Shown here: positions 61,882-64,000 of the stretch, one piece after another
Layout of the letters: the number at the start of each line of letters is the position of its first letter
Position numbering within the stretch: the first letter of the stretch is position 1
Source of the DNA: Octopus sinensis
Taxonomy: Eukaryota
Length of the DNA: 64,000 nt
Direction: 5' to 3'
Assembly (NCBI RefSeq): GCF_006345805.1
Contig: NC_043009.1
Coordinates: 61,938,001 to 62,002,000 of the forward strand
The notes under the pieces: model-generated
The model's database searches: none
The model's input: only the letters and a program-made list of their open reading frames with translations
What the model was told of the DNA's origin: nothing
Position numbers and translations under genes: made by a program

Positions 61882-62063
61882 CTTCTGATGGGCTTAGGAA
61901 CCCCAGGAGGCGACAAGAAATCTAGTGCCTCTATTGCTTGCTTTCTAGCTGCCAGTGGAGCAGATCTAAATATTAAGAACAAAAAGGGGCAGTCCCCTCT
62001 TGATCTCTGTCCAGACCCTAATTTATGCAAGGCTCTTACCAAGTGCCACAAGGAAAGGAACAG
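61882..62063 (+). CDS. MIB1: MIB1 coding exon (182 nt, phase 0 to phase 2), last ankyrin region before the RING fingers
   Basis: gttgcag| acceptor; AG|gtaagt donor; encodes [60 protein letters not shown]. Confidence 0.96.
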
Positions 62064-62099
62064 GTAAGTCTCTGCAATGTGTTTCTGTATTTTATATCT

Positions 62100-62480
62100 C
62101 TTTTTTTTTTCTTTTGGAATGTTGGATCTCGAAGCAGATAAAGCTATATATAATAGCATGTAAATATTGGGTTAAAAAAGCCTTTGGATAGAAAAGTTGA
62201 AGGTTGCTCATGGGATATGAACCCAGTTTTTCCATTAACATGACAGACATTCTACCACTGGACCAAAGCACTCCTTTGAGTTTCTCTATCCATTTTATAA
62301 ACTTTATTCTTACCAGTGAGAATTGTTTGTTCCTATGACATTACAAGAATTTATGAACTTAGAGAGAATGTAAAATAAGTCTTTTTTTGGAACAGTGAAT
62401 CTCAAAGTAGATAAAGCTATAAAAAATAGTGTGTAAATATTGGGTTAAGAACCTTTTGGATAGAAGAAGTCAAAGGCTGA
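62100..62480 (-). repeat. ~100-bp direct repeats flanking a tRNA-like head
   Basis: 62110-62208 is similar to 62382-62480 (GCAGATAAAGCTATA...TGTAAATATTGGGTTAA...TTGGATAGAA); minus-strand TGGTCCAGTGG and GGTTCATATCC boxes at 62270-62205; reverse copy at 44420-44520. Confidence 0.6.
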
Positions 62481-63094
62481 TTGTATGTGTTTTATATTTT
62501 TAAAACAGAGGAGAAGGGGAAGCACCCATGACTTGTTTCAGGTCCTTCATTATTGGTAAGAGAGAAAAGCTGGGGAGCTATCCTCAGGCCAGAGTCTGGC
62601 CAAGATGTTTGCAACAGAGTTGATTCTTGTAAACACACCTAAAAACCACATGGGTGGTTTTTATATATTGGGTGACAGAATAAGTCTACAGAAAGTTGTT
62701 CCCTGTAAAGTGGTAAGTGTAGAATGATCTTGGGACCGTTTTGACATCTCTTCCTTTAAATTCTGAAACAACTGAACTGTCATCCACTGGCAAACCACAG
62801 AATACTGTATTGAAGGTTCTAAGGAACACCAGCACATACAGGTCAATAGGAAGAAACTATTTGTATCGTGATTTTTAATGTTCACCATTATCAGATGGAC
62901 AGGGATTTGTGCCTCATCTACACCTGTAACACTACCACAATAACAACAACAGTAACCACAGTATAATGTGCTGTGATTCACTGAGATGGTCATTACATTG
63001 TAATTAATAATTCTTATAATGTTTTACGAAGTAGTTCACTCCACTACTTTGGAGGGAGACTGAGAATCATTTTGGTAATTCCTGTTATTGTTCT

Positions 63095-63252
63095 CATCAT
63101 CATCGTTGTTGTTTAACGTCCGCTTTCCATGCTAGCATGGGTTGGACGATTTGACTGAGGGATGGCTGCGCCAGGCTTCAATCTTGATCTGGCAGAATTT
63201 CTACAGCTGGATGCCCTTCCTAACGCCAACCACTCTGAGAGTGTAGTGGATG

Positions 63253-63294
<42 letters not shown>

Positions 63295-63431
63295 CGTTAG
63301 GAAGGGCATCCAGCTGTAGAAACACTGCCACATCTGACTGGCCTGGTGCAGCCTTCGGGCTTCCCAGACCCAGTTGAACCGTCCAACCCATGCTAGCATG
63401 GAAAGCGGACGTTAAACGATGATGATGATGA
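63095..63431. mobile_element. Head-to-head pair of young RTE 3' ends around a (TA)n run (63095-63255 -, 63291-63431 +)
   Basis: Both carry TTGGCGTTAGGAAGGGCATCCAGCTGTAGAAA...CCATGCTAGCATGGAAAGCGGACGTTAAAC in opposite orientations. Confidence 0.85.
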
Positions 63432-63504
63432 TATATATAAGACAACCTGCAAACATTGAGGAGAACTGGTATTTCATTTGGTAATTTTTGTATTGTCCTA
63501 CATG

Positions 63505-63800
63505 TGAAAGCACATGGCCTAGTGGCTAGCGCGTTGCACTCGTGACCTAGCGATTGTGGGTTCGATTTCTACTGAGCAGCACATTGTCTTCTCGAGCAAA
63601 GCACTTCATTTCATGTTGTTCCATTTCACTCAGCCGTTAATGGGTAATGCTTCGACTGAGTAGCTTTTCAATCAGGAGAAATGTTGGTCTGCTCACATAA
63701 CCTGCCAGGTGGTGGCATCATTCGAAAGCTAAAACAATGTGAAGTGCATTGTGACCAGCAATGTATAACAACATCTGAGAGTCTGGTCGATCACATGATA
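63505..63800 (+). mobile_element. CORE-type tRNA SINE with RTE-derived tail
   Basis: TGGCCTAGTGG A-box, GGTTCGATTTC B-box, CTCGAGCAAAGCACTT...CACTCAGC, tail GAAGTGCATTGTGACCAG. Confidence 0.75.
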
Positions 63801-64000
63801 TTGTCCCACATACTCCCCCATGTATATATAGTAGCCATCAGCATTCTCTCTCTACATCTATGGGGAGAAGGCCTGGTATTCATCTTCCTGTCAGTTTGAT
63901 ATCAAAGCATGTTGAGTAAGTATCACACAGTCCTATATTTATTTATTCTACAAGAAACTGAAGTGCAGCCAGTCTTGTTCCTGCAGAGGGTAACTAGCTG

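Larger units (their letters stand above)
12757..62063 (+). other. MIB1: Internal part of the mind bomb 1 (MIB1) gene, ankyrin-repeat region; the gene extends beyond both window ends
   Basis: Four exons splice in frame to ...[176 protein letters not shown], recognisable as MIB1. Introns are 27733, 5548 and 15495 nt. Confidence 0.95.

Overview
AT-rich, microsatellite- and transposon-dense animal genomic DNA. The repeat families look like those of a coleoid cephalopod, probably Octopus (inference from recognition, not a search). The window lies inside one large + strand gene, the Notch-pathway E3 ubiquitin ligase mind bomb 1 (MIB1). Four ankyrin-region exons splice in frame with canonical AG/GT sites: 12757-12889, 40623-40709, 46258-46386 and 61882-62063. 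A fifth, unannotated-looking 93-nt frame-preserving candidate cassette exon (50760-50852) falls exactly where vertebrate MIB1 carries a short insert. The rest is intron, holding 5'-truncated RTE LINEs with tandem-array 3' UTRs and (GAT)n tails, several tRNA-derived SINE families (one CORE-type), Penelope-like fragments with decayed hammerhead ribozyme motifs, a DD37D maT transposon, mariner/pogo/piggyBac MITEs, Helitron/Helentron derivatives and many inverted repeats able to form dsRNA in the pre-mRNA. Almost all ORFs in the track are spurious (microsatellite or TE-derived). No prokaryote-type system is present. Exon and TSD coordinates were counted by hand; boundaries of old repeats are approximate.
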